64,000 nucleotides of DNA from Eledone cirrhosa (taxonomy: Eukaryota): positions 111,476,001 through 111,540,000 of the forward strand of contig OZ024745.1 of assembly GCA_964016885.1 (NCBI GenBank), written 5' to 3'. Every line of letters begins with the position of its first letter. Position 1 is the stretch's first letter. Below are positions 15,105 through 28,005 of the stretch, piece after piece. A program made the translations under genes and the position numbers. The notes under the pieces were generated by a model. The model made no database searches. It saw only the letters and a list, made by a program, of their open reading frames with translations, and was not told the DNA's origin.

Positions 15105-15520
15105 GCCATTATGTGAGATTGTTGGAAGAAAGAGGGACTAACCTAAGGCAACACGACACAGGGTCCAGCCAGCCATGTTGACAGTAGCACGATAGATAAA
15201 GCAATTAATGATATGAAAGCAAGGAAGACAGTTGGACTATCAAGTGTAGTCACTGAGATGCTGAAAATATCTGGCATGGCAGATAGTACAGAATGATGTA
15301 ACAGCAATATCAACTACTGCAAGGGAAAACAATGGTGCACTATACAAGGAAATTATAACAGCATTAAGTTGATGGACCAGGTCATGAAAATTACAGAAAG
15401 TGTTATAGTGTAGCTGATTAGGGATAGAGTTTGCTTGGATGAGATGTAGTTTAGTTTTGTGCCAATGCCCTCTTCCTAGTGAGGCAATGGCAAGAGAAGT
15501 ACTTAGCTAGGAGTATACCC
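15105..15520 (+). pseudogene. Decayed RTE LINE reverse transcriptase fragment
   Basis: Translates to KAINDMKARKTVG...EMLK, NYNSIKLMDQVMKITE and ALFLVRQWQEKY, with stops and frameshifts. Confidence 0.75.
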
Positions 15521-15580
15521 AGCATTTCTTGAATTTGTAATCATAATGTTAAGTATTCCACCAATCACTTGTATGCTTAA

Positions 15581-15796
15581 CCTTTTTAATACCATCTGAA
15601 ACAAAGTATTTATTTTTATCTAAAAATCTTTCAACATAATTGTATGCAAAAACCTTTGTTTAGTTGTCTTCCAAACACCAGTGTTATAATGAAAAAGTCA
15701 GCTATGTTTCTAATCCTTACAAATTCTTGATTATTTTCAAAAATATTTTGAACATTTTAGGCAGTGCCTGTCATTAGAAATATGGTAGTAAAAGGG
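15581..15796. mobile_element. piggyBac-like MITE
   Basis: TTAA-cctttttaataccat ... atggtagtaaaaggg-TTAA. Confidence 0.7.
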
Positions 15797-16451
15797 TTAA
15801 CATTATCTTTGAAAGGCTTCAACACAATATCTGTCCACCCAATTTCACTTATAAGGCTGAGGCAGAAGATACTTGTCTACATAAGTGTAGACAAATACTG
15901 AAATATAAGGTCCTTCACTTTTGAACCTAAGCCCATGCTATACCATGACCACCCTATGAATTCACTGAAAGAAATTTTTAAAATTTGAAAAAATAGAAAA
16001 AAAACAAAGATAAAAAATAGTCATTGTTATATTTGGAGAGGATCATATTGTTTTAATATTGCCAAAAAAAACAAATACATCGCCGCCATAAAAAATAGTA
16101 TTAAAAGGAATACATTCATTTATAAGAAAAAATATTTTACTTCTTGATTATACATGGAAGGGAAGGGTGAAAGAAATCAGAAAGACATCATGTCCATTTT
16201 ATAACTGTGTACAGGAATAAACTAAGATAAAAACAGACCTGACAGTGGCAAGGAGCAAGAACTGCTCCCATTGGTACAAAGGTCATTTCCTGTTTACGAC
16301 TAATGTTTTTATTTCACACTTAGCTTTCATATCTATAAACTAATAGGGTAAAATTGAAAGACCTTAACAGCCACCCATAGAGCTTAAGGCAACTTGATTT
16401 TACTTCTCTCAAGGATTTAAGCCTCAGCTTGCATTATATATTAAAGAGAAC

Positions 16452-16468
16452 TGAAAGAAGCACTCGCA

Positions 16469-16565
<97 letters not shown>

Positions 16566-16592
16566 ACGTGTGTGTGTGTGTGCACTTGTGTG
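16452..16592. repeat. (GT)n microsatellite
   Basis: Direct inspection. Confidence 0.95.
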
Positions 16593-16689
16593 TGTTGGCA
16601 TGTGTGAATCCATTTATTCATAAATCTACAACCATTTAACAAGGCTGGCTATAAATAGTTTGTAAAGTCTTATGTCACTTTATTGAAAG

Positions 16690-16895
16690 CTAAAGGTCAA
16701 CAGGTAAGAGGACCAAGGGTAGATCCTAAGCAAGATGGATGGATAACATCCATGAGCTCAGCTGGTCTTGCTTAGGGATCCAACTGGATCAATTGGAGAC
16801 AGTTGCCTTTGACAGAACCTGCTTGAAGGTGTACTTGAGTGCTCTGGCCCCACAACCCTCTCAGGAATAAGCAGGCAAAGAAGAAAAAGAAAGAT
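16690..16895 (+). mobile_element. Decayed LINE 3' end (RTE-like)
   Basis: RPRGRP-like motif, then WMDNIHEL...ETVAFDRT...PQPSQE*, followed by a (AAG)n tail. Confidence 0.5.
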
Positions 16896-18474
16896 GAACA
16901 GGGTAAATAAAGATATTTTCACTAAATGATTATATATATATATATCTATGCATGAACCCATATATCCTGGCGGGGCCATAGAGGCACTGTAGTGACATAC
17001 AGTATTTCTTAGTCTAAGGCATCAAACAACATGCTTTGTGGCATAGAGTTATGGTCCTTTATGTTCTGAGTTCAAATTCTGCCAGGGTTAGCTTTGCCCT
17101 TCATCTTTACACGGTCGATAAAATAAAGTACCAGCCAGCCATGTACTGGGTCCCATTTAATCAACTTTCCCGTCTCCTGTTGATCTTGTGCCTATGTGAA
17201 AAGTCATTTTAAATCTAGCAGAGCCCATCCCTCTCCAGGTCTGAACACAGCCAATTTCTTCCAAAGAAAGAGAAAAAGTAACAAGAGAGTTAGTGAGAAA
17301 ACTACATGGAGGAAGAATCCACCTCAGTACTGGAATGGTACTTTTTTTATCAAACACAAATGGATGAAAAGTAAAGTTGACCTCAGCAGTATTTGAACCC
17401 AGATCACAGAGAGCTGGAACAAACACCACAAAGCATTCTATCTAGCATTTTAACAACTCTGCTAATTTGTTGTCTGAATAATTAAGTATTTTACCACAAC
17501 TGCTAACTATAAAAATAATCAAAATGATAATTATTATCTTCATCATCATCTCTTCACAGTTTAGCATCCATTTTTCGATGCTTGCATGGGTTAGACAGGT
17601 CATCTACATCAGGACTTCCTCTCTATCAATCTTTCTTTACTCTGGAAGAAATAGGCTGTGTTCCAACTTGAAGGGAGGATGGGCTCTGCCAGGTTTAGAA
17701 TGCAAAAGAAATGCCATATGCCACTACATCACCCCTACGACTCCAACAGGAGTTACAGGACCAACCATAGTAGAGTGTCGTTTGAAATAGATTTGGCTGC
17801 TGTTTCTAGTGGTTCAAGTGACTGTAAAAGCTCCCCCCTGGTTGGCAATAATAGCATGCTGTAATTGTGTTTAGCTCTGTAACTACCTTGATTGAGTTGA
17901 CCTATGATGAATTTTGTTCCAGCTGTGATTATCTCAACTTATTTTCAGACATTGATATCTAGTGCCACTACAATATAAAATGTGTCCTGCCTTATTTAGA
18001 AGTGTAAATGTGATTTGAAGGAAATTTGACTGTTATTTCTAGCAGATAAGATGATCACTTAGTGGCTTCTCCCATTGGTTCAAGTGAGCTGGAGTATAGT
18101 GTAGTGTAGCAGTGATATTATGAATCTCTAAATTATAGAGTAAAGTTGCAGAGTTGATGTGAAAAAGATTAATACTGAGTGAAGACTGAAGAAAATACAT
18201 TTACAGCATTCTGATATAAGGTCTATATGGATTAATTGTTAAACCATTCACAGGAAAAAAGAGATGTTTGTGACCCTTTTTAGGGGCATAAGACTAGTAG
18301 GATGGAGGGGAAAGATATCTTCAAACCAGAGACCTGGTCTAAACACTTGCAACAAAGGAGACTCTGGTCTGATATTCTACCAATTGCACCAGCAATTGTT
18401 TGACAAGTTTTTTATGGCTTGATGCCTTTCCTACCACTAATGCCCTTGCTATCACCAATGTTATATAATATATA

Positions 18475-19633
18475 TCTTTATATATATACAAGCGAGGATG
18501 TGTGTGTGTCTGTGTACAACTTTGGATACCTAAGACTTTTACAATTACCAACCGAATTTGACCAAATTTTCTGTGCACGTTGCACAGGTCGCTAAAATTT
18601 CACCAATCAACCCATGTTGAGCAATAAAAAATCGATATCAAAATTATCGGTAGCAAAATTGATGTAAGGGAGATAACCAACTTTATTGACAATCCTTATA
18701 AAAAAAGGGAGATAACCAACTTTATTGACAATCCTTATTAATCATTTGTATAACTATGCCAAATCAGTTCCTGTATGAGCAAGGCATGGTCAGCCGACCA
18801 GACACTGCCCACAACAGGACAACCCGTCTAACCCATGCTAGCGTGGAAGAACGGACGTAAAACGGTGATGAGGATGAACTACATCCTGTTCAGTGTTTTC
18901 CTTCATTATCAACATAGTTTTATGTGTACAAAAATTGCACTAAATATTCGGATGTGTAATAGTAATATACGTGAACGGCAAAGCATAAATGAACTAAGGG
19001 AGAAATTAGGAATAAGAGGGATCAGATGCTGTTTACTCGAGAGAAGACTACGTTGGTATGGTCACGATATGCGCATGAAAGACGATAGCTGTATAAAAAA
19101 GTGCAGAGCGATCAAAATAGATGGTAGCCACGGAGTAGGCAGACCCAGAAAAACCTGGGACGACTTGATAAATTCCGACCTCACATATTTCCACCTCTCC
19201 AAGACAATGTCACTGGACCGAGATCTTTGGCGCTACGCAGTAATACAGAAGACCCGCCTTGCCTAAGTACAAAGTGAAACCTACAGTCAGTAGGCACCTC
19301 TTACCAAAATACACCCCTGTCCCACTACCCCCACCCCATCCACACCACCCCTTTCAATGTAAAGTTATGTTGGTACCACAACATCCAGTCCTAAATAAAT
19401 GAGGTCGTGTAGGTGTCACGACAAAAAAACACACAGTCCACGCTGTAATGTGGCCGTGTAGGTAACACGGTAAAAACCTCCCAGTCCACACTGTAAACGT
19501 GGTTGGTGTTAGGAAGGGCATCCAGCCGTAGAAAACCCGCCAGACAGTCCTATACGAGCAAGACAACCAATCTTGCCTCAAGTGGGAAAATTCCCGTCCA
19601 AACCCATGCTAGCGTGGAAGATGGACGTTAAAC

Positions 19634-19673
<40 letters not shown>

Positions 19674-19804
19674 CGTTTGCATTAATTATTGAAGACTTCT
19701 GCTTATTTTGACAGGTTGGGGACAAATAATGTTCTTCTTTTACTTCCTAGCTGTATATTCTTAGCATAATTTCAAACCCCGAGCAACGCTGGGTAAATCT
19801 GCTA

Positions 19805-19805
<1 letters not shown>
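18475..19805 (+). mobile_element. Non-autonomous Helitron interrupted by RTE insertions
   Basis: A|TC 5' start followed by tatatata...gtgtgtgtctg. The 3' end has a GC hairpin (cccgagcaacgctggg) and then CTAG|T at 19802-19806. Internal 32-bp direct duplication near 18668-18738. Confidence 0.75.
18945..19672 (+). mobile_element. 5'-truncated RTE LINE with long 3' UTR and (GAT)n tail
   Basis: RRLRWYGHDMRM...GRPRKTW...DRDLWR. The 3' UTR is shared with 20195-20635, 45815-46568, 58034-58423 and 59974-60595. Confidence 0.9.
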
Positions 19806-19842
<37 letters not shown>

Positions 19843-19851
<9 letters not shown>

Positions 19852-20185
19852 GTTGAAAGAGATATAAGGCTAAACAATGCAAAATGGACTGTAAGATGAG
19901 GTAACAAAAAGTTTAAGTAACCTGGTAATCTTTTTTGTTTTTTTTTGTTGGTGGTGTTGTTCTTTTATCTGTCCAATATTTCGGGACCTAAAAGTCCCTT
20001 CCAGGAACAACAACAAAAACAAAAAAAAAATTAAATAAATAAATAAAACAAAGATTACCAGGTAACTTACTTTTACTTTTCGTTACCTCATCTTACAGTC
20101 CATTTTGCATTGTTTAGCCTTCTATCTCTTTCAACATTATATATTATTAGATATACAATGCTTCAAGTAAACTACAATATTTTAT
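19843..20185. mobile_element. Fold-back element in (TA)n: ~90-bp inverted arms (19843-19933 / 20050-20144) with a decayed hammerhead-like motif in the loop
   Basis: Arms are near-identical. The minus-strand loop reads CTGGAAG-ggac-ttttag-gtcc-cGAAA. Confidence 0.75.
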
Positions 20186-20194
20186 TTATATATA

Positions 20195-20635
20195 TATGGA
20201 CCGAGACCTTTGGCGGTACTCAGTAATAGAGAAGACCCGCCTTACCTAAATACAAAGTAAAACCTACTACAGTCAGTAGGCATCTCTAACAAAATACACC
20301 CCCGCCCCACCACCCCCACCCCATCCACACCGCCCCTTTCAATGTAAAGTTATGTTGGTGCCACAACATCCAGGCCGAAACAAATGAGATCGTGTAGGTG
20401 TCACAACAAAAAAAACACAGTTCACGCTGTAATGTGGCCGTGTAGGCAACACGGTAAAAAGCCCCAGTCCCACACTGTAAATGTGGTTGGTGTTAGGAAG
20501 GGTATCCAGCTGTAGAAAACCCGCCAGATAGTCCTATGCGAGCAAGATAATCACTCTTGCCTCAAGTGGGAAACCCCCGTCCAAACCCATGCAAGCGTGG
20601 AACACGGACGTTAAACGTTGATGATGATGATGATA
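20195..20635 (+). mobile_element. RTE LINE 3' end fragment
   Basis: Homologous to 19215-19672. Confidence 0.88.
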
Positions 20636-20648
20636 TATATATACACAC

Positions 20649-20693
<45 letters not shown>

Positions 20694-20924
20694 ATTTCAA
20701 CTAACAGCTGAGGGAGAAGAGGGGATTTCTGGTTGTGCAAGTGAGTGAATGAACTGGAGAGAGAATGATTGGGAGAGATGGAGAAAGAGAAGAGAAGGAG
20801 AGGGCTTTGCATAAATATTTTTTTATGGTGTAAGAAGAGCAAGTGTATATGTGTCTGCAGCTAGACGTAACAATATTTATGTAATATGTGAATGTGTGAC
20901 TTTATTTGTCAATACAGTGTGTGT

Positions 20925-20994
<70 letters not shown>

Positions 20995-21258
20995 ATGACA
21001 GAGAACTACAAAGGAGAGTTTATGAGTAAATATTGTTTTTTTTATAGTTGAATAGAGACTGTGTATCTGTAACTAGGTGTCTTTGATTAATTCACTGTGA
21101 GTTTTTGTCAATGAATGTGTTGGGTGGATGGGATATATACACACATGCAACTATTAAGTGGAATTGGTGCAGCAAATGTTTGGATATAATGGCAACCAGT
21201 ACACTGTGTAAAGAGGCTGGTATTAGGAAGGGCATCTAATCATAGAAACAATGCCAAA

Positions 21259-21448
21259 ATAATTGTTTCTACTTTAGGCACAAGGCCAGCAATTATCCCA
21301 GTGCGTTACTGGTACTTTATTTTATCGACCCCGTAAGGATGAAAGGCAAAGTCAACCTCAGCGGGATTTGAACTCAGATCGTAAAGGGACGTAACTATGC
21401 TGGAAAGCATGGCGTCCGACCCTCTACCGATACTGCCAATCCACCGCC
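21259..21448 (-). mobile_element. Full-length tRNA-derived SINE family B
   Basis: A/B-box-like head ggcggtggattggcagtatcgg...gagttcaaatccc; flanking duplication (gcc)aaaataat. Confidence 0.88.
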
Positions 21449-21718
21449 AAAATAATGGAAGATAAGAGCAACACTTGCTTATTCAACACATCTTGTCTGA
21501 GACTGCGAGGACTTGTCAAACACAGAAAACACATAAAAGGGAGGAGGATGAGGGGGAAGAGGAAAGGGAGGAGGATGAGGAGGAGGTTGAGGAGGGAGAA
21601 GTGTAAGGGGGAGAAGAGAGAGAAAATGAAGTGGAATAGAAAGGGGGAAAAGAAGCAGAAGTGGAAGTGAGAAAGAAAGTGGAAGAAGAGGAGGAGGGGG
21701 AGATAGAGGAAGAGGATG

Positions 21719-22525
21719 ATATCCAGTTTTAACCAGTTCTATCCAATTATATCTGGTCAACTCGATCTATATCCAGTTACAGCTTGTTATAACCAATTAG
21801 AGCCAATTATAGCTAGTTATTTCAATTTATATGTGCTTTTATCTGATCATGACCGATTATATGTAATTATATCCAATTAGAACCAGTTCTATCCAGCTTT
21901 AACCGATTCTATCCAGTTACAACCTGTTCTATCCTGTTATAGCAGTTGTATCCAGTTTTAACCATTTCTGACTAGTTATATCTGGTCACATTGGGCTATA
22001 TCTGGTTATATCCACTTATAATCCAGTTAGAACCAATTATAGCCAATTATTTCAAGTTATATCTGATCACGGCCGATTACAGCTAGTGAGAAACGGTCCT
22101 ATCCAGTTTCGACCAGTTCTATCTGGTTAGAACCGATTCTATTCAGGTGTAACCAGTTCTATCCGATTGTAACAGGTTCTATTCAGTTTTGACCAGTTCT
22201 ATCTGATTTTAACCAGTTTGAACCAGTTCTATCCCATTTCAGCTGCTCTATCCGGTTTGAATCGGTTCTATCTGGTTCCATCCGGTTGTAACCAGGTCTA
22301 TCCGGCTATAACTGGTTCTATCCTGTGATACCAGTTTTATCCGGTTTTAACTGTTTCCATTCAGTCACTTTTGGCTATATAGTGTTATATCCAGTTATAT
22401 CTGGCTATATCTGATCATGACCAATTCTGATTTCGACTGGTTCTATCCGGTTTAGACCAGTTCTATCCAGTTTGGACCAGTTCTATCTAGTTTTAACCAG
22501 TTCTATGAGATTTGGACCAGTTCTC
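21719..22525. repeat. Degenerate minisatellite, 20-bp unit made of two 10-bp subunits (accagttcta-tccagtttta)
   Basis: About 40 diverged tandem units visible by eye. Confidence 0.9.
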
Positions 22526-23057
22526 TGTGTGCATATATATATAGACCTACAGCATGGAAGAATCATTACAACACATGAGCATCAGTTAACAGCACTACAG
22601 CTCCATATAAAATGAGCAGAGACTTTACTAATATTCATACCAAACCACCTGATGCTACAATACAAGTTATTTATTTTTAAATGTTTATATTCATTTAAAA
22701 GATCATCCATCATAATTTTATGTAAGAACCTTTGTAAACTTATATTCTTAACATCAGCTTAACCCTTTAGCATTCACATTACTCTACATTTACTTTTGTA
22801 TTGTTACAGTAAACACTTTATCTCATATAATATCAACTCTACAAGAACGGCATCCAGCTGTAAATCACTGCCTCAAAAAGTTCTATCCAACCCATGCCAC
22901 AGAAAAGTCAATGTAATCAGAAGATGATGATGATAGTAAAACACACACACACAATCGAGGAAGAGTATGTAATCACCACATCAGTAAATGCTTGTAATTT
23001 ATATACATAAAAATCTACAGCCCAATGTTCATATCAATATATGTATTTATTTATATA

Positions 23058-23130
<73 letters not shown>

Positions 23131-23233
23131 ATTAACACAGATTAAAAGTTTAAGAAAACAATTTCTGCTTTCACTCTCAATATGCATGCATGTATGTGTG
23201 TGTGTGTAAATATATATATGTGTGTGTATGTGT

Positions 23234-23267
<34 letters not shown>

Positions 23268-23314
23268 ATATACACATATTTATATATGTATATACACATA
23301 TTTATATATGTATA

Positions 23315-23548
23315 TACACATAGTTATGTAAAAATATATATGCATATATATATATGTATGTATGTGTATATATATATTTACATAGATACAAATATACATA
23401 TAAATATATAATGTAATTATATATATATATATATATATATAATTACATTATATATTTATATGTACATTTGTATCTATGTAAATATTTATATACACATACA
23501 TACATACATATATATATATGCATATATATGTTTACATAACTATGTGTA
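23315..23548. repeat. Inverted duplication of low-complexity DNA centred on (TA)n
   Basis: 23315-23418 is the near reverse complement of 23441-23548. Confidence 0.85.
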
Positions 23549-23858
23549 TGTATATATAAATGTGTGTGTATGTATACACACACAGCCAGAAACATATAGA
23601 TATATTTCGCCATCATCATTGACATTTATGTACTTGCTTTCTCATGGTGGCACTGGTTGAAGGTAGGCTTTCACAGATGTATGTTAACTCCTTTTGCTCC
23701 CTTTACCACACACATATACACACATACATATATGTGTATGTATACATGCATGTATGTATGATTGCAAAAATGCATGTAGGATTATATATATGGATGTATG
23801 TACAGTCACAGGCATAGCTACCCTTTCTATTGCCAACTATGTGTGTGTGTGTGAGTAC

Positions 23859-23884
<26 letters not shown>

Positions 23885-23892
<8 letters not shown>

Positions 23893-24220
23893 ATACTTTG
23901 GGAGGGTCATGTTGCCAATAAGAAACACACGCACCAGTTGCTTTCACTTCAATTTATTATAATAAATTTATAATAAATTTATAAATTTCTGGTTGGTTGG
24001 TTGGTTCCACAACCAGATAGTTGTTTATATATAGTCATAGTTCTTTCCAACCAACCAACCAGAAATTTATAAATTTATTATAAATTTATTATAATAAATT
24101 GAAGTGAAAGCAACTGGTGCGTGTGTTTCTTATTGGCAACATGACCCTCCCAAAGTATAACAATATCGGTTTCAACACACGATTTCAGATAAAGAATCTT
24201 GCTAAACAAATTCAGAAACG

Positions 24221-24222
<2 letters not shown>
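23885..24222. mobile_element. Fold-back element in (TA)n: perfect 120-bp inverted repeat (23885-24004 / 24047-24166) plus 56-bp extension
   Basis: Base-by-base reverse-complement identity, with a 42-nt spacer. Confidence 0.9.
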
Positions 24223-24262
<40 letters not shown>

Positions 24263-24378
24263 AGATAGAAGTATATCAGTGTACACATTTGTGTATATAC
24301 ATATATTCATGATGATATATATATATATAAATAAAATAACAGGAGGCTGGACTGGTGTAAATCCTTGAAAGGTTTATT

Positions 24379-24436
24379 ATACTATGATCATTTCAATGAC
24401 CGGGTTCCATATGAATCCGGTGATATCATCAGGTAT
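24379..24436 (-). ncRNA. Type I hammerhead ribozyme (family H4)
   Basis: Reverse complement reads atac-CTGATGA-tat.c.accgg...ccggt.c.att-GAAAT-GATC-ATA^-gtat. Confidence 0.82.
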
Positions 24437-25617
24437 TGGAATATAACAAAGGAATATGTAAAAAACCATGGGTCCGAAAAATCAGAGACAGAGACAAAGA
24501 GGACGACTGACCAACTAGCTGCCTTCACCTCGGCCAGTCGCCCTCAAAGTGATGGCAACCGAATCCACTAATGACCATCTGGTGAGGGGGCGAAGGCTTA
24601 TAATGCACTACCACCTCTCCGTCAGAGAAAAAGGGGAAGAAAGAAAGAAAGGAAGAAAGAAGAAAAAAGGAAGAAAGAAGTCAGCGTAAGGGTCACACTA
24701 CATTCATGCTAGAAAAAGCCGCGAAAAATAGTACTCCAAAGAATCTATATTTAACAAAAGCATATATAATGGGTGTCTGTATGGTCTAATGTGTGAACCG
24801 AAAATTGGAATGTTAAACTTATGCTACGAGTTATAGGATGGAATTAAATTAAATCAAAAAATATTAAATTGCAAAATGATAAATTGAAAATTAAAGGTTA
24901 AGGTGGCGAGATTTATTTAGTGAACTTACAGAGAGAGTCTTATATGAAAAAATTAATCTCGATAAGATATCAGGATGGGATATAGAGTAAAGATTTTGAT
25001 TGTGAGTTCCAGCCAGCACCCCCCAACCATGAGTCAGCCAGTTTCGAGTTGTATCGTCCAGCGAAAGAAATGGAAATTAATTTTTCCGAGTACTCTAGGA
25101 ACGTAGCTACCTTAGGCCCCGGGAGTGCTAGCGGGAAGTCTACAATTTCAACAGGCCATCGTCTATACCAAACGAATATTATTAAATCACACATGAGGGG
25201 TTTATTTAAGTGCCAGTAGAGGCATGATACAGCTAATAGTTATGCCTAAACCTGGAGTTTGTAGGTACAAGTATAATGTGGCGGCCAAAACAGGCGGCAC
25301 GGTGGGACCGGGGCAAAGCAAGCCGCTCCGAGTAATTTCGTTTACCGAAAGAGGGGAAACTTATTTTTCCAAGCATTCAAGGAAGGCTGAACTTTCCGAG
25401 TGCCCAGCGCGCAGCCAGGAAAAGCCACCAGATAAGTCGAAGGTAGCAACCCAATGAAAAGTGCAAATAGACCATAATTATTTTAAAGTCCCAGTTAGTC
25501 CGGGTTATAAGTAGTGTGGTTCTTTGGTGGGTAGGGGGCTATGAAAGGTGCATAATGACCTGAGTAAGAAAAGTTACAAAAAAATAATAAAAGCAGGATA
25601 CAAAGATAAAATACAAA

Positions 25618-25858
25618 TCATCATCATCATCATCATCATCGTTTAACGTCCCTATTCCACGCTTGCATGGATTTGGACGGGAATTTTCCCACTTGAGGCA
25701 AGATTGGTTGTCTTGCTCATATAGGACTGTCTGGCGGGTTTTCTACGGCTGGATGCCCTTCCTAACGACAACCACGTTTACAGTGTGGACTGGGAGGTTT
25801 TTACTGTGTTACCTACAAGGCCACATTACAGCGTGGACAGTGTGTTTTTTTTGTCGTA
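25618..25858 (-). mobile_element. RTE 3' UTR fragment with 16-bp TSD
   Basis: Homologous to 19420-19670; flanking direct repeat. Confidence 0.85.
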
Positions 25859-26399
25859 TAAAGATAAAATACAAAGATAAAGAATACATTGATAAAAATA
25901 CATTAATAAATTAATAAAAAAATTAATAAAAGTAAATAACTAGGGATGTAGAAAGATGGAAGTATATAAGAACATATCAGAGGAATCACAGTGTAGGGGA
26001 AATACAATATAGATCAAGTTGTAGTAAGATAATACAGGTTGTACATATAAATATAGAGGATGGAGGAGATGGAATGGTAACAGGTGGTACCTAGTGTAAA
26101 GTTTGGGTCTCCGAATTCAGTGTGAGTCACAAAAAGGTCCTGAGGTATAGAGTAGAGAATTCAGTCAATACAATACATGCTTAAGTATAATACGTAGAGT
26201 TTTGTCGGAATCAGAATCATCCTGATATATATATATATATGTATGTATATGTATATATATATGTATATATATATGTATATATATGTATATGTATATATAT
26301 ATGTATATATATGTATATATATATATATATGTATATATATATGTATATATATGTATATATATATGTATATATATGTATATATATATATGTATATATATG

Positions 26400-26430
<31 letters not shown>

Positions 26431-26513
26431 GTATATATATATATATATATATGCATATATATGTATATATATATATATATATATACATATATGTATGTAA
26501 TGTAATGTAATGT

Positions 26514-26700
26514 ATCCTTTGGGAGCCCCTACATGGACACACTAGAAGAGGAAGACCAAGGTTAACGTATGTTGATGCCCTAAGGACAGACACTGGTCTG
26601 TTGGAGACGCAGGACATGGCAGCAATAATGAGGGACAGAGACCGCTGGAGAGAACTCGTCCATGGATCTCGGGAATTTTACCCGCCTTAGATAGATAGAT
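26514..26700 (+). mobile_element. LINE 3' end (RTE/RTEX-like) with (TAGA)n tail
   Basis: [23 protein letters not shown]...[11 protein letters not shown]. Confidence 0.75.
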
Positions 26701-26778
26701 TGTATTAATTTATATTCTTCTTATATAAAAATTATATTGAAAGAGTTAAGTATCTTTTGAAACAGTGAACGAGTTTGA

Positions 26779-26967
26779 AATTAGAAATAGAAGCTTTCAC
26801 CATATTTTTGACTAGAGAAAGTTTAGCCTGATAGTGGGGTTTAGAACCCTCAAAGACATGGAAAAAGATGAGTATTGACAGTCAATACTCTTAATTTTTT
26901 TTTCATGTCTTTGAGGGTTCTAAAATTTCTTTAGTCAAAAATACGATGAAAGCTTCTATTTCTAATT
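26779..26967. repeat. Imperfect palindrome with 1-nt centre at 26880 (collapsed MITE or fold-back)
   Basis: gagtattgac-a-gtcaatactc core; tttagaaccctcaaagacatg and its reverse complement; aattagaaatagaagctttca and its reverse complement. Confidence 0.8.
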
Positions 26968-27926
26968 ATATTGAAATGTCTTTATTCTAAATAAGAACCC
27001 TTTAAAATGGGTGGTTTTCTTTCATAGAAACAGGGAGGGGTTTGCAGATGAGGGTGGTATCAAAACACATAAGTGTATATATTATGTGAGTATTTGTGAG
27101 TAAGCGTGTTTGTGTCTGTGTGCTTGTGTAACTGTGTATGTGTCTGTGTGTTTGTTGTGGCATTTGTGCGTGTGTTTATCTGTTTGTGAGTGTGTGTGGA
27201 TCTGTGTGCGTGTGTTTGTGTGCGTCTGTTTCTGAGAGGGAGAGGGGGGGTGCAATATTATGTGCAATTATAGATTGTTACACAACTATTTTAATTGTTA
27301 TTATGATAACAGTATTCTTTATCATTATCATCATCATCATCATCCTTTCGTACCTTCTCTATCAAATATCCCTTAAGGATAGATTATGGGTAAAACTATA
27401 CAGACGTTCCAATTACAGAAATCAATAATAAAGTTTAATATATCAAGTCTCAATCTAAAATGAATAAACACACACACACAAACAAACACACACACACACA
27501 GTGAATCTATATTTGAATATATTGATTGGTGTGTGTCTGACTCGTCCCAGTGTTTCAACCAACTACGTTTGCAGTCCAAGGGAGGTAATGCAAAACGAAG
27601 AGAAACTATATTCACTAGATTTTAAAGGTTGCTAATATCAAATTCATTTAAAATAAAACGTAATTCGTGGTTAATAAGGTTTGACAAAAAAATATTTTTA
27701 AATATGTAACTGGCTTCGTATATATATAGCGTGTGTGTTTATTTGTATCTATGTATATATATATATATATATGTGTGTGTTATATATATAGTGTGTGTGT
27801 GTTTATTCGTATGTATGTATATATATATATGTGTGTGTGTGTGTGTATAAATAAATATATAAATATACATATATATATATACACATACATACATATATAT
27901 ATATATGAGTGTCTGTGTGTTTATAA

Positions 27927-28005
<79 letters not shown>

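Larger units (their letters stand above)
24330..26224 (-). mobile_element. ORF-less, hammerhead-terminated element (probable Penelope-like 3' UTR/pLTR) in (TA)n, interrupted by an RTE fragment
   Basis: Bounded by TA arrays, CpG-richer than its flanks, with a hammerhead near the 3' end. The insert at 25618-25858 is flanked by the duplication aaagataaaatacaaa. Confidence 0.55.

Noticed and set aside
21719-22525. CRISPR-like or coding repeat
   Set aside because: There are no unique spacers, the context is eukaryotic, the period is not a multiple of 3, and there is no ORF.
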